Origin: an uncultured Gemmatimonadaceae bacterium
GTDB lineage: Bacteria; Gemmatimonadota; Gemmatimonadetes; Gemmatimonadales; Gemmatimonadaceae
Length of the DNA: 64,000 bases
Direction of reading: 5' to 3'
Assembly (NCBI GenBank): GCA_963817955.1
Contig: CAWFQK010000004.1
Coordinates: 256,001 to 320,000 of the forward strand
This document shows, piece by piece, positions 62,654 through 64,000 of the stretch; the stretch's first letter is position 1; each line of letters begins with the position of its first letter. The notes under the pieces were generated by a model. It ran no database searches. It was not told the DNA's origin and was given only the letters and a program-made list of their open reading frames with translations. Made by a program: the position numbers and the translations under genes.

Positions 62654-62691
62654 CATGTCTCATTGTCGCTTCATAGGTTAGGCGACATCAT

Positions 62692-63564
62692 ATGATAAAG
62701 AGCATGACCGGCTTCGGGACCGCGGAGGGCGACGTGGGCGGATCGCGCGTATCCGTCGAGATCCGCTCCGTGAACCACCGGTTCTTCAACCCGTCTGTGA
62801 AGCTGCCGAGCGAGTTGAGCAAGTGGGAGGGCGAGGTGCGCGATGCACTCCGCAAAGGCGTGGCGCGCGGCCATGTTACACTGTTCGCGCGCGTCGAGCG
62901 CACGCAGGTCGATGGCGGTCGGATAGACGAAACCCAGTTTGCGGCCTACGTGGCGCAGATCCGCCAACTCCAGCAGAAATACGCGTTGGGAACGCCACTC
63001 GACGTCGGCACCGTTCTTCGCCTTCCGAACGTCATCGCGTCGGGCGAGGAAGATCGGCAGGGCACCGCGCCCGAACTCGTCATCCTCGTCAATCGTGCGG
63101 TGAGCGCCCTCGATCAAATGCGCACGGCGGAGGGCGGGCGTCTCGCCGTATACCTAGAGGAACGCCTATCGGTAATCGAGCAGGCGGTGAACCGCATTGC
63201 CGTGCGTGCACCGCAGCGCCTAGTGGAGCAGCGCGATCGTCTTCGTGCCGCGGTACGCGAACTAGCGGATGGCATTGCGGTCGACGAACAGCGCCTCGCT
63301 CAGGAAATCGCCATGCTCGCCGACCGCCTGGATGTGTCCGAGGAGGTGAGCCGATTCCACTCACACTTCTCGGCGTTTCGCACGACGCTGGCGTCGGCGT
63401 CGCCGGACGGCGTCGGCAAGCGGCTTGGTTTTCTCCTCCAGGAGCTGTTGCGCGAAACGAATACGACTGGAAGCAAGGCCAACGACGCGACAATTTTGCA
63501 CGACGTGATCCTGATCAAGGAAGAGCTGGAGCGGATTCGCGAGCAGGTGGAGAACATCGAGTGA
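62692..63564 (+). CDS. yicC: YicC/YloC family endoribonuclease
   Basis: MIKSMTGFG, EIRSVNHRF, DVSEE, GKRLGFLLQELLRETNTTGSK, IREQVENIE. Confidence 0.95.
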   Translation: MIKSMTGFGTAEGDVGGSRVSVEIRSVNHRFFNPSVKLPSELSKWEGEVRDALRKGVARGHVTLFARVERTQVDGGRIDETQFAAYVAQIRQLQQKYALGTPLDVGTVLRLPNVIASGEEDRQGTAPELVILVNRAVSALDQMRTAEGGRLAVYLEERLSVIEQAVNRIAVRAPQRLVEQRDRLRAAVRELADGIAVDEQRLAQEIAMLADRLDVSEEVSRFHSHFSAFRTTLASASPDGVGKRLGFLLQELLRETNTTGSKANDATILHDVILIKEELERIREQVENIE

Positions 63565-64000
63565 ATCCGTTTCCCCTGATCCTCTCGGCGCCATCGGGCG
63601 GCGGCAAGACGACCATCGCGCGGCGGTTGCTCGACCTACGGACCGATCTTGGGTATTCGGTGTCGTGCACTACGCGGGTGCCGCGCCCAGGGGAGCAAGA
63701 GGGACGAGACTATTATTTTCTGTCTCGCGAGGACTTCCTCGTACGCCGGGAGCATGGGGATTTCGCCGAATGGGCCGACGTCCACGGCAACCTGTATGGC
63801 ACGCTGAAGAGCGAGATCGCGCGCGTCCTGGGGTCGGGGAAGCACGTGGTGATGGATATCGACGTCCAGGGGGCTCGACTGCTTCGCGAAGCGTTTCCCG
63901 CGTCTGTGACCGTCTTCGTGCTCCCGCCGTCCGGGGAGGTCCTCCTGGACCGGCTCCGGAAGCGGAAAACCGAGTCGCCACAACAGCTTGTCGCTCGATT
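63561..64000 (+). CDS. gmk: Guanylate kinase (runs off the window end)
   Basis: Manual translation from GTG 63561: MNPFPLILSAPSGGGKTTIARRLL...YSVSCTTRVPRPGEQEGRDYYF...VHGNLYGT...DIDVQG. Confidence 0.95.
   Translation, partial: MNPFPLILSAPSGGGKTTIARRLLDLRTDLGYSVSCTTRVPRPGEQEGRDYYFLSREDFLVRREHGDFAEWADVHGNLYGTLKSEIARVLGSGKHVVMDIDVQGARLLREAFPASVTVFVLPPSGEVLLDRLRKRKTESPQQLVAR

Overview
GC-rich bacterial core-genome window; gene content and order suggest Gemmatimonadota (inference, not verified by a search). On the minus strand is a truA-degP-purB-purC-psd-pssA-purS-purQ-purL-purF operon followed by the 5' end of ppdK. A trp/fol cluster follows, interrupted by an inverted lexA and by a HEAT-repeat plus HD-GYP gene pair. 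Next come rlmN and a long run of aspS, phoH, 7TM-HD, ybeY, two CNNM/CBS genes, meaB, a B12 acyl-CoA mutase, a carboxyltransferase and atuA. The rest holds ggt, a U32 protein, recQ, an acyl-CoA dehydrogenase, rne/rng, rplU-rpmA, an ECF sigma/anti-sigma/Spy-like triad, tRNA-Leu(CAA), three accessory genes, icd, pepA, an outer-membrane barrel, yicC and gmk. Several genes (purL, mutase, atuA, rne, HD-GYP) carry frameshifts that are most likely assembly errors. The most interesting signals are: (1) a ~370-bp palindromic element made of mirror-ordered tandem repeats between rne and rplU; (2) two CCGAA-N6-CCGAA candidate LexA boxes between lexA and trpC; (3) a HEAT/HD-GYP pair that appears to share an unnamed N-terminal domain inside the trp operon; (4) an ICM-type (F/Q) mutase linked to a carboxyltransferase and AtuA; (5) a long structured rne leader; (6) a leaderless 19-aa uORF coupled to rlmN. 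No integrase, transposase, Cas gene or CRISPR array was recognised.
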